A stretch of DNA of 64,000 nucleotides from Bugula neritina (Eukaryota; Animalia; Bryozoa): contig OZ037765.1 of NCBI GenBank assembly GCA_964035545.1, positions 25,233,504 through 25,297,503 on the forward strand, given 5' to 3'. This document shows, piece after piece, positions 1 to 11,877 of this stretch. The position numbers were made by a program, and so were the translations under genes. Under the pieces are notes generated by a model. It was not told the origin of the DNA. It did not search any database and worked only from the letters and a program-made list of their open reading frames with translations. Positions within the stretch are counted from its first letter, which is position 1, and each line of letters begins with the position of its first letter.

Positions 1-506
1 AGTCACTTCCGATATCCTTCTTATTCTACCTGTTTATGTTGTGACGTGTTATGGGTTGGTGGAATTTTATAAGATCTTGCATTCAGTATGAGTAATATTT
101 TACTGCTAGACGTCTCGAAATTATCAGTATGATGTCATTGGGCGTGACTTATAGATATGAAAGTATTGCATGTGGGGGTGGCATCAATATACGCCCTTTG
201 TTATAACTTTCAAAGCTTATCAGTTTGTTATCATCAACATGCATTTTAATAAACAAACTTGTTGCACTCTCACATCTGTTGAAGGTCTCTATCCCTGTGG
301 GTACCTGTGATAGTAAAAGTTGTGTCTCTCACCACGGCAGCATGCCAGATTTCCATTCATAATATCACCATTGGCCCTGCCATAGTTTGAACTTATGACC
401 TTATCACATGTATATTATGTTAGCTCATAGCTCTAACCCCAAGTACATGAAATAATATAATTATTTATGCATAATAAGTTACATAAGATTATATATAATA
501 TTGCAG

Positions 507-1128
507 GTGCTAAACAAAGTCCCCACGGTGAGTATTGAGAAAACCGATGGCTGCCAAGTGTATTTGTCTAAAGACTCTCTGGATACCAGCTTTATATCCG
601 CCAAGTCTTCAGAGATGAATGTCGTAGTACCAAATGCTGATGGGGACTTTGTAAGTTTGTTATCTCAAGCCATGCCAGTATTAAATCGCCTTTCTAGTTA
701 TTATATAGTCTCATTGTAGCAACTTGTTAAATCAAGTAGAAATTAGTAGATTGAAGTAAAGTAATAATCTTATTGTTTCATTTTTTCACAATTATTTTTT
801 GTTATCTTTCAGAAATATTAATCATTGCTAACAGATCTTGAGTTTAAAGTTAAACTGAGTATTTTTATAAACATTTTTGCAATAATTTTCTTAATTTCCT
901 AAATCTCTAGGATTTATTTTATAACTATAAACTTAATTTGAGTAAAAAAGTTTTGGGGGGGGGGAGTGAATAGTAGAGACAGCTATTGATAGTTGCTAAT
1001 CATTCAGCTTGTCATTGTATTCTATAGCTTTATGTGTTTTTTAGACTGAGTACGCTATTGCTGAGCAGTTCAAGTCCGTATTCAATGGAAAAACATTTAC
1101 TACTGAAGTGAACGATATCGCAGCTTGA
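507..1128 (+). CDS. CAP1: Adenylyl cyclase-associated protein (CAP/Srv2/capulet), last two coding exons 507-650 and 1045-1128 (C-terminal CARP domain); 5' part lies outside the window
   Basis: ttgcag acceptor (505-506), then [48 protein letters not shown], gtaagt donor at 651 (phase 0), ttttag acceptor, then [30 protein letters not shown]. This matches the CAP C-terminal motifs [23 protein letters not shown] and EQFK. Confidence 0.96.
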
Positions 1129-1313
1129 GATTCTAATTCTATGCCTTCTCTTCCATGATTACTTTTACAATGAAGTTTAACTAACTTTAGTTGTCAATAT
1201 TATATTAACAAAAACATAATTCAAATACATTTCTTTTGCATACCCAATCTCTGGTTAATAGACTAGTATCTGTTACTCTATTTCAAAGTAAAATATGTGT
1301 ATGCTCATTCTCA

Positions 1314-1400
1314 AATAAAATTAATGTCTTAAATCAGTCTATATCGACACTATTTATGTTATAATCTGTTGACATTTTGCATATTTTGTTACAAAATAAA
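1314..1400 (+). terminator. Candidate polyadenylation signals of CAP (AATAAA at 1314-1319 and 1395-1400)
   Basis: Canonical hexamers about 190-270 nt after the CAP stop codon. Confidence 0.5.
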
Positions 1401-1604
1401 ACATTATGCTTTATGTGATTTTAAAAATTATCTCTTCAGTTTTCTCTCTGAGCAAGTTTTAAGATAACATAATTATGTATTTTAATCATAAATGATATTA
1501 TCATTTTTACAATAACATTTTCTGTAAAGAATGATATAAGCCGCCAAAGATCATTGGACTTTATGGAAACAGACAGAGATCATAATTATGATTAAAACTT
1601 GTAG

Positions 1605-1801
1605 TACATGTCTCCCTCCAAATCTCACAAAGCTACAGTCTTGAAACCTCAATACATGCTATAGTAGAACACCAGATTTAGCTCACAGATCCGTTAAATT
1701 CGGCCATTTTGGCCCATGCACGGATACATTAGCCACAAAGTGGAGGTCCAAACCCTTCTCGGGACCTGTGGAATTTCTTGAGATACAGAGGAGACATTGT
1801 A
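1605..1801. mobile_element. MITE family 1, copy A (TA-flanked, Tc1/mariner-type non-autonomous element)
   Basis: Aligns end to end with 3010-3221 (e.g. aaacctcaat.catg, ggccatttt, ggaggtccaa.cccttctc, gacctgtggaattt, gagatacagag). Imperfect terminal inverted repeats ta-ca.gtctccctc ... gaggagaca.tg-ta. Confidence 0.8.
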
Positions 1802-3009
1802 CTAGGTTCATCATTTTTTGTGTATAAGTAATTAAAATATGTTTAGCTAGTTTTTTCAGCATGAAGAATGTACATTATATATTAACAAACTCACAAAGAA
1901 GTGCAAGTTTCTTCCTTATTTTCAACCATTGATTGCTTTATGAAAGTTACAGCATAGTAATTAATATACTACTTCCTAGTCTTACATTGTAAGCTCCAGA
2001 CTATTAATTCTGATTTAGATAGCATAGTGCACCTTATTCATGTTGTACTCGATGCACGTAGGTAATAGCTTCTTATCAAATTTGTTAGCTTGTTTTACAA
2101 CATATAATTATGGTTACATACAACTTGTTATCCAATCAAGCAGTTTTCTCTAATCTATGCATCAGTGCCATGATACCATAGACTAAAAGTGTTTGAATTG
2201 AACATGTGGCCTTCAAAAGATAAAATAGTCACCATATATAAATAAGTATCCATGCAAGCAAAATTAAGTTTAATGCATAGTGCGACACACAACAACAGGT
2301 ATTCTAATAATTTTCTTTTTGATTTAGATCTCCATGTATTTAAAGCCTAATAATTTAAGCTGTACTTTTCTTGTTTAAATTATACTTGCTCTCTGCCTTA
2401 ATGTTCTGCTCCCAAATTGTATTACACTGAATATAATATTAGCACTCTATTCAAATATTACATGTAGTGTTATTAGAATTTTCTTATATTAAACTTCCAT
2501 TTTATGAAAATATATGTTAGAAGATTTTACTTAACTTCACTATAGAATTAATAGAGCTATGGAATTAGTTGAATGTAATGTAGCCGAGCAAAAATAAATA
2601 CCTTCTAAAATAGTAGTATATACTAGTATTTGTGAAGTTATAATAAGCTTAATATATAGTAGGTATTCTCACAGAGCCATAGCTGCACCATTTCACTAAA
2701 AAGGAAGCTTTTTTACCAATAAGAACATTGTTTGAATTGCTACCTATTCTGCAACAAATTATTGTTCCTGTACTTTCATTAGAGGTTGTTTTTAGCTAGG
2801 AATATAATATAGCTATTTTATACTCAGAAGAAACATATATTAGTTAAATAATTTTAATTTACAAATCGTCATAAGTTACTAGGTACCAAAAGCATCTTGC
2901 TGTATTTAAAACATAATAAAAGATTTCCATTGCATACTGCATTTTAGTAAATGAAAAATTTGAAATTTTATACCCTGTATCAGACACTTGTGTGTGACTT
3001 GTAGTTAAC

Positions 3010-3221
3010 TACAGGTCTCCCTCTATATCTCACAAAGCTGCAGGTCCCAAAACCTCAATTCATGACAGTAGAATACCAGATTTAACTCACAAATCCACTA
3101 AATTTGGCCATTTTGTCCCTATACACACATACATAAGCCGCAAAACGGAGGTCCAAGCCCTTCTCATGACCTGTGGAATTTTGTGAGATATGAAACCGTG
3201 AGATACAGAGGGAGCGCTGTA
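3010..3221. mobile_element. MITE family 1, copy B
   Basis: TA-CAGGTCTCCCTCTATATCTCAC ... GTGAGATACAGAGGGAGCGCTG-TA inverted termini; homologous to 1605-1801 and, reversed, to 51220-51580. Confidence 0.85.
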
Positions 3222-3394
3222 CAGATTCAGCTTAGAATATTAAAATAGAACAAGCTTTTCAACAGTATAATTAGTATTCTATCTTTAACTGTCACTTGAT
3301 ATGCTAAATGTTTTAAGAGTTTTGCATCATATTTATACATTTTTAAGGTTCAAAGACAGAAATCACTATTGGGAATATATATACAGATATTCCC

Positions 3395-4411
3395 ATGGAG
3401 CAAAGCCTGGCAATAGATACTGTTGACTTCATAGCACCAAGTGTTGCTCAAACTCACGCTATAGCTCGGGGATTGAAAGGTGCACTTCCTTTAAGCGTCC
3501 TAAATGAACAGATCCAAGCTATTAAGAGCAGATCAACATTCAGCTCTAATTCTGCAATTAATGATCTCAAAGCACAACCTACTACAACAACCCAAACTGT
3601 TGTCCAAGATGTATCCAGACCAAAACCTTTTAGCTTTTCAACAAAAAGTAAAAATCTTATCATTGTACTCGATGCTCAAAACCCTTCTACTGCTGATAGC
3701 GAATGTACACATCAGATGCCACATAGAAATTCTGTAGACGGCCCACTAGAATCTTTGCACCAATCTTATGATAAGCCAGATCACGCTGTTTATGCATCAG
3801 AAGAATGGAATAAAAACATAAGTCAACCTTTTAGAATTTGTTCCCGAGCATTTGAAGGCTATATTTCACCCTCGATTAAAACATGCATCGGGCAAACATC
3901 TGAGCACGAGTTAAGTAAATCTAGTGCTAATCTCAATGACAATAACCACCATCAACTTCCAAATACAGACGACTTGTATAGATATTCAGATGACAACTTT
4001 GTTCATAGTAAGCCTTCAGCATGGACTAAATTTCAAGTGCAAAAGAGAGACATAATTACCATCTATGAAGAAGACATTTTGGTCACTCTCAGTGAGGATA
4101 ATTTAACATCAGATAATCAACAACCTGACCTGAGCACTAAATCCACAGCTAATGAGTTTAGTGACGAGGAGAGTGTGATAACTGAAAAGTCAAAAGGTGC
4201 AAATCGTCTGCTTTTACGTTCACAAGAAAGCAGGATAAAACAGAAGGACCAGCTGTTGCCTCAACCAAAAATCTCACTACACTCAAGGAACCATCTCAAT
4301 GTGGAATGGAACTGCACTCAGTCACCAGGCACAGAAAATGATTCTCATTTGAACACAATGCTTGATGAATGCCTTGCATACATTGATTCTGAGTTGCAAA
4401 TTAAGAAGTAG
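3395..4411 (+). CDS. Uncharacterised S/T/N/D-rich, probably disordered protein (338 aa ORF); probably a terminal exon starting at the acceptor at 3347/3348
   Basis: 1017-nt stop-free ORF in very AT-rich DNA. The frame stays open upstream to a ttttaag acceptor (3346-3347, phase 1). No recognisable domain. Confidence 0.65.
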   Translation: MEQSLAIDTVDFIAPSVAQTHAIARGLKGALPLSVLNEQIQAIKSRSTFSSNSAINDLKAQPTTTTQTVVQDVSRPKPFSFSTKSKNLIIVLDAQNPSTADSECTHQMPHRNSVDGPLESLHQSYDKPDHAVYASEEWNKNISQPFRICSRAFEGYISPSIKTCIGQTSEHELSKSSANLNDNNHHQLPNTDDLYRYSDDNFVHSKPSAWTKFQVQKRDIITIYEEDILVTLSEDNLTSDNQQPDLSTKSTANEFSDEESVITEKSKGANRLLLRSQESRIKQKDQLLPQPKISLHSRNHLNVEWNCTQSPGTENDSHLNTMLDECLAYIDSELQIKK

Positions 4412-4920
4412 AAATATTAGAATTATTTTAAAACAGCTGATATTACACAAAACCCACGTATTTGCATCAGTGATATGGGAAAGCATGTGCTAAGTTTTGT
4501 GTTTTGTAGCCTTTTTTTGTATAATATCATATAACATCGTACTGAAACACACTTAACTTTTTAGTATTGAAAGTAATTATTTATAATTCTTTTGAAATCA
4601 ATAATTTTTAAGGTGCTGATTTAATTTTTGTAAAATCAAAAGCATCTTACATTTCTTAAAAAACATGTTTGTATAATTTTATTTAAAAGTTGCTTGAAAA
4701 AACCTTTTGTCTTTAGTGAATTTGGAGCATTTAATCATTAAATTCAAAGCATATTATTCAGCTGACCTACACTTTGCAGGTACTTTAAAAAAAAACTTAA
4801 ATATAAGTCATAGTAAAGCAATATAATCTAGGAAATAATATATCTCTACAACACAGTTATCATACTTTACTTGATTTGTATGTCATAGATCATAAAGATG
4901 GGAGTGCTGAATGGCAGACT

Positions 4921-5070
4921 TAGGTGCAGTAATCGAGGAATTGAGACAAGCCTGTGTTCTAAATATAACAAAAAAAGTTATGTTTTCTTGAGAATTTCAA
5001 CCTTAAACCAAAATTTCTTTAAGAAAACTAAAGAACTTAAGGCTATTAAAGTTTCTCCCAACTGCACCTA
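4921..5070. mobile_element. MITE family 2, copy A (150 bp)
   Basis: Perfect 10-bp TIR TAGGTGCAGT...ACTGCACCTA; a second diverged copy at 51268-51429 shares aagcctgtgttcta, gagaatttcaacc, aaaccaaaattt and aaagaactta. Confidence 0.8.
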
Positions 5071-6318
5071 AATGAAATCACAATTATCTGTAAGGCTTTG
5101 GGTTGACACTAGTGTAATATACATTATAATTATATATAAGTTTAACATTTTTCTACATAATTTAAGTCATTAACTATTACATTGCATGACAATATTTCTA
5201 ATAGTGCAGCATGTATACATTATACAGGCTTGCAGTCTCCCAATATCCTAAATATCTATGATATAATGTAAAAACAAAGCCACGCTAACCTCATTTTTCA
5301 CACCACCCCAGAAATACAATCAATGTAACTAATTTCAGGTATTCAAATTCACATTATATTATTATGCTAAAGGAAATAATGTTTTGAACAACATAATGGT
5401 TGATCAAATGTAATCATTTTTATTAGCTTCCTATTTTAATTTTAGCTTGATATTTACATGACTAGAATTATAGGTAATTTTACATAGTGTTATCATATTC
5501 ATGAAAATAAGCAGGGTCTATAGTTGTATATGAGCACATATCTAATGCTTTCACTTTATATAAAATTATATTCATGCAATCTGAATATTTTTTGCTATTT
5601 GACTAGTATAGTGTGGAGTTGTTTACTCTATGGAAATTCACTGAAGGAATAAGAGAAAAAGTTACTAGCCCAAAATGTAACGTAGCAATTTAATATTAAA
5701 CAAGTGCATAACATAGGTTATATTGTATACCCCTTTACCAAAGTATCGTTTATACCTCATGAAGGTATAAACAAAACTTAAGCATGGTTCACACCAGAAT
5801 TTAGGATGGGGAGCAAAACACAATACAAGTTTTGATAAAACTAGTATTCCCACAATGCATCTACCAGCGGGCTTAAAACTAAAAAAGAGCACAACTCCTA
5901 CCAGTTGTCATTAAAGCTACAGATTATAAGACTTGATTTACACAGCATGTGAAGAAAGTGCGTAAGAATGTTCTGAAACTCTGGAATACATGCATTTAAA
6001 TTACAAAATATTTTGTTTATCAAGTTAACACCAATAGTTTTAACATATGATGAGATTAATTATATTTAGATTTTAAAGCATATATTTTGTGTTCATATTA
6101 AATTCCATGCACTAGCTATATTTTTCTGGTATTAATAATCATTCATACTTTTAAAAAGTTGAATGTAAGATTTAACCTTTATAATGATGTCTTCAGAACA
6201 TTATTTTGTGAGACAGATTATAGCTGCACTATGGTTGTGCAACTTTTAGAATGATGAAAGCTGTAAATACAAGTTAAAATATTAATTGTATATTTTACTA
6301 CATCAACAGCACTTAAAA

Positions 6319-6480
6319 TCATACATACATACACGCATGCATGTTGCATGTATGCGTGCATGCACATGCACATGCACATGCACGTACACATGCACATGCA
6401 CAATGCACATGCACAGGCACATGCACAGGCACATGCACATGCACATGCACATGCACATGCACATGCACATGCACATGTAC
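6319..6480. repeat. (TGCACA)n / (GCACAT)n hexanucleotide microsatellite
   Basis: Directly visible tandem GCACAT units; the source of the spurious poly-HM/CT/HA ORFs. Confidence 0.95.
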
Positions 6481-8775
6481 AAGTCATACTTATACATTAC
6501 CATATCCTTATAATTATACAACTACCGGGCAGAGCTGCAGCTGTCCAGGTGAGAAATTGACATATACTTTAGGATATACACTACACATTGCTTATAGTGT
6601 CAACCGTATAAAAGATTGTTAGAATTAAATTCACATATTGTAGTTTGACATCTTTTTATAACAAGTATTGGATATTGTACTCAGTCTCTTGCACTACAGG
6701 AATATTGGCAGGTGTTCAAATTAATCTAAAGCCAAATAAATGCACACCAAAAGGCTAGCTACTCTTTTTTGTCAGCATATCAAGTTACAAATGGCTAAAA
6801 ATAAGTTTAATTGATGTTTAGTTAAGAGTTGCTATTAAGTTAACAGTCATTAAACATCTCTTATTATTTTGTCTTAACCTACATGTTTCAACCTACGATT
6901 GTTACTTATACCAGAAATGAAAATATTTAAGTATCCCTTCTTTGAATTCAATAAACTTTAGTAACAAGTGAGAATCAAGCCATCAAATCAATTACATATC
7001 TAACGCTCAACCTAAGCAAACTATAGCTGTTTTGTACCCCAATAAAGTTGACATACTAGTTACAGTTACTTATATTTTTGCATGGATTTCTTGCATGGAG
7101 TTAGTCATTAAACTTGCAAATGTATACTTTTCTAGTGTAGAGCTGTGCGAGAGTCATGTAACATTTTCAAAGAGACAGAGTAATAAGTCACACTGCTTAT
7201 TCCATGTAATATTTACTATTGACTTAATATTTCTTCACAGCGAGTCCATTTTCTCTAGCTATTTATGACTATTATATGCATATTCACTGAGGAATCATAT
7301 TTATGTTCAGCCAGTTTAGCAAATATAACCAATACAACAATTGCTATATAGGCAAATAGCATTGTCTTATTTTAGTCTCATGTTTACTTTATTTCATAGC
7401 ATATATAATATCTTTGCTAGAAATCTTCACCTATGCAAAAGCCCCTTTTTCTAAAAAGGCTGATAGCTTGTCTCATGATGAGGGGTCACTAATGGCCCTT
7501 CCAAGATTCTAATCTATGACCCATCTCTCACCACGCCAGTCCTCTAATTACTAGCTCAGGCTGTATTTTAGTGTATATCAAACTAATATTGGAGCTTTTA
7601 GACATGTGCAGATAATTCTTAAATACACACTAGCTTTCGTGCACCTCAAAGATATTGTCTGAAGACTTAGTAGATCCATAACTTATTTACTTAGCAACAG
7701 CCAGTATCATTTAGAGAAACTACCCTGACAACAACAAATGTAAGTGCTTGCCAGTTTGCTTTGAGAACTTGAGTTCAATAGCTCAAGTATATATTAGTAA
7801 ATAAAAGAGTATTATTACAATGGTGAAGGATACTGTTTATTATAATAGTGCTAATAAAGGTGGAGATTTAAATTTCAAGTTTATATTTATAGATAGAAGA
7901 TAAAAGAGGTGCTCATAAGGAGCTTAAATTACTCAAGATTATAATATACTCAATGGGCTAAATCTCATATGTTACTAACAGCTTGCTTTGCAGTAGCTAC
8001 AGGTAAGTGGTGATAGATGCTTTACAATAACAACGACAGGAAGACTATATGGCATGGTATGAGACAGAATCAAAATACTTATGTATAGAAGAAACTACCA
8101 TCATATGGTTTTAGACAGATATTCAGGTACACATAATTTCCAACACAATAGAATTTTAACCCAATATTGAGATGAATCTAACTTTCTTAATAAAATGTCT
8201 GGTACTGAAATAATACAAAGCATTTTCAACATGTAAGAGGAGGCAACTCAAATTTGCTATAACTGGATAATTTAGCACATGTCAGCAGCCCAGACTTGGA
8301 GATATGCAGCTACGAATTAATTTCCTTTGACTTTCGTATCTTATATTATTAGAACTCCTTTATATAGCATATATCATTTCCTTCAATTCTTTAATCAATT
8401 ATAGCTATACTATAATATATTGATCAGTTATTTCTACAGCTGTGTAAAGAAACTTTTAGAGTTTATATAATTATTGTTTCGAGTGAATAATGTCAAGCCT
8501 TATCAACTATCCAATGTTGCTTATGGCAGCAGATATTTGGTGTCAGCGGTGATTATTGTTGTTTACAAAATTAAAAAGAAAATTGCTGCTAAATGTGTTA
8601 GTACTTGCTCAGTTAGCGTTGTTTAAGTTGATTCAAGGAGATAAGTCACACTGAGGTTGCCAACTTAGCTCACTTTATCTGATTATAACTGAGTGTGTAG
8701 AGAGCTATTAGCCCTCCTGCATAGGCTGAGTGTTATTTATTATTGTACAGTCAAAGTGCAACTAGTGAATAAAGC

Positions 8776-10234
8776 ATGGCTAAAGAAGGTAAACAGGAAT
8801 TATTATTAATTATTTATATTTTATTGTAAAGAATGTTTTTTAAAAGGTAAAATAGTCATTATTGAAAGATGAATTTATATTGCCAAAGTTCCCTCTACTT
8901 GTATGCTGTTTAAAATATTTCTATAAACGTTGGACTAAGCCTTTCACATTTTAAATTTTTTTACAAAGCTATCTAGTTCCTTTTATATCTTTACCATTCA
9001 AATATATGTAGTGACCTAGAGCTGATTAACATGGTACGTTGATTTTGCAGCAAGGCTTCACGACAGCATGATCAAGAGCAGATTCCGTAACTTCTGCATG
9101 CTGGTTGATGTGGGAGGAGTTGATATAAACTCCCACAATGAGAGAGGACAAACTCCTCTGATTGCAGCCTGTTATTTAGAAAGCAAGCCTCTTGCACACG
9201 CAATGGTGAGAAAGCTGCTTCAACATGGAGCAAAAATATCAGAGACTGATGTTTGGGGAAAGACAGCAATACACCATTCAGTGCTTCAAGATCGTTTAGC
9301 AATATTCAAACTGTTGATGGAATTTGATAAACAGAGTGTGAGCTACCAAGACGCGGAGGGCAACACACCACTACATCTGGCTGTGCAACGACACAATGTG
9401 GTTTTTACACAGACTATAGTTCAACATATTTTAATGTATCAGATTAATTGTAGTTTTGCTAACACTGCTGGGCTGACACCTTTGGCATTAGCTTGTAAAC
9501 TTGGCAGAGTAGATTTTGCTAGATATCTTTGTCATACTGCTCATCATTCTCCAATGGCAATTGACCCGGTGACAGGGCGAACAGCTAGATTGTGGTTAGA
9601 AACAATTCTTTTTATTCCACCCGATGTTGACCCTTTCAACTGTCTCGAAGAAGATCTTAGTCAAATTTACCCAAAACCCATCGATTACATTACTAATGAT
9701 TGCAAGCAAAACATCATTTTGTATCCTTGGTTGGAAGTTGTAGGTGCGAAAAAATTTGAGGTGAAGAAGAAACCTCCATCTGCTGCTTTTTCTAAACAGG
9801 GAAAGACAAATTTCTCTTCACGGGCTCAATCAGCACACAGAAATACATCAAAACCTTCACCAATATTTGATAACTATTCCTTTAGCAGTCATCTTGCATC
9901 CCAGGTAGATGATAAAACAACTGTTTCTACATGTTTAGACTTGGTTCCATACTTCTTGAAATTGAAATCTAATTCTATTGGAACATTGCCCGCTGCAATG
10001 CCTCTCCCAGATGACGACAAAGCTACTTCCGAGCAGGAAGATACAGAAAATGATGACCTCCACGAAACATTCCCTCAGTCGAGAATGCGTGACGCTGCGT
10101 CAAAAGGAAGAAAGTCTTGTCAGAAAAGCAAATCAACTAAACAGAAAGTTGCAGTAGTTCAAGACCTTATTTCAACCTCTAGTTCATGGGCTAAAATTTC
10201 TCATAAGAAGAGAAGATCTGTTGTAAATTTATAA
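8776..10234 (+). CDS. Ankyrin-repeat protein, ANKRD34/ANKRD63-like architecture (about 4 N-terminal ankyrin repeats plus low-complexity basic tail), about 398 aa; exons 8776-8788 and 9051-10234
   Basis: Ankyrin consensus motifs GQTPLIAAC, GKTAIHHSV, GNTPLHLAV and GLTPLALAC. ATG GCT AAA GAA G|gtaaac (phase 1) joins ttttgcag|CA AGG CTT CAC GAC AGC ATG in frame. Confidence 0.88.
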
Positions 10235-11877
10235 GCCACTGAACTGTGTGAGTTTTGGTAGTCGCTATATTTTAAAGAACAAAAACTGAAAGAAGTAACA
10301 TTGTAAAAATATATATTTCGATATCATTGATTAGCGGTGTTATCATGCATGTACTATGATTATAGCTTTGCTTCTATTTTTAAATATCAAGAATGGTACA
10401 CTGTGACTGGCATCGAAATTGTTATTGTTTTTCTAATCTTTAAACTAATAGTTCATTTATATCAAGCAGATACTGCATTAAGATTTAGCTATATTAAAAT
10501 GTGTTAATTCTAAGTGTTTTATAAGCAAATATATATACATAGAACTCTTTATACCTTTGTTTCCAAACAAAATATAATATTAATAAGAGTTGTTTACATG
10601 ATTTTTATTTGCAGCATCTCTACAATTTAATGATTAATCTATTGAAAATGTACACTTGTTATAAATAAAATATGGTATTTTTTAAGGATGTCATCCTGAT
10701 GCATAAAATATATTTTTAGTTGTAGTAATAACCCCATTGTTGCAATCCAACACTGAATGTTTATTTCATTCTAAAAAGTTGCAAATTAAGATAACGAAAA
10801 CTTGGTATTATATAAAAATTATTTACTATTTGGCTCATAAAAAGATAGAGAGATGTTAAAGACTCAAAACAATACAACATTCATTTACTCACCAACATGC
10901 AATATACAATATAAACAAGTATGAACCCTCATCAATATTCATACTTATTTGGGTAGGAAAGTTTTATAAACAATAATAATTATTAGTAATTATATCTTTA
11001 TTATAAAGCATATTAGAGTATTAGGCCAATTTGCTTGCATGGCTCTAAGCATAAACAGCTTATAAAAAAACTGCTGGGCTTCTTTTGAATTAAAACATTT
11101 TTGTCCTCAAACTTACAATCTTACAGTTTTAGTTTATTAATATTTTTTCTTTTTTTGGCTATTCTGTAACAGTAAAACCTTCCCAATAATAATAATATAC
11201 ATTACAAAAGCTGTGTTATATTGATGTTGCATTCTCACTACAATAGTATAAATTATAGTCCCACTTTTATATATTATTTCCTAATCCATAATATAGGTCT
11301 AGGCTTAATATTCCTTGAGTATAAAAACCAGACTGTGGCTGACACAATTATAAACTTAAACTGTATCCAGAGCTACTTTACCAACTTTACCAACATAATT
11401 CACATGCCATGTTATGGTAGGCAGCACATCAGCTATAATTAAGTAGATAACCCCCACAGAGAAGTTATTGTCTATTTTAAGTACCAGACACAGATAATTG
11501 TCATAGGTACAATAGATGAATAATAGCTTACAAGAAACCCTTATTGAATTTTGCCTGCTGAGTTTGCTTCTCAATATGATGTTATTTGTTATTTGCTCAC
11601 CTCTGCCCTGCAGCCATGTTTTTAAGCAAGTGAAAGATTGTGAGAGTAATTTTGCTATGTTTTATTTTTCTTTTGTCTCATGGGTATAGAATAACTAACA
11701 ATAGGAAAAATATGGCCAATCACATCATTATTAAAAAGGAAATAGCCTACAGGTGATATAATTAAGACTAACGCCTTTGTAGAGTTGTTATCTATACACA
11801 AGGTGTAGTGTACACACTTTTTATTCATTGCTGACTTTGTTGTTTTGGATACAACATAGCTGTTAACTGACACTAGT

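Noticed and set aside
6218-6622. Five overlapping ORFs with poly-CA/HM/CT/HA repeats
   Set aside because: Artefacts of the stop-free (TGCACA)n microsatellite.
7700-8320. Purine-rich stretch resembling a decayed retroelement ORF
   Set aside because: No long ORF and no motif I can identify with confidence.
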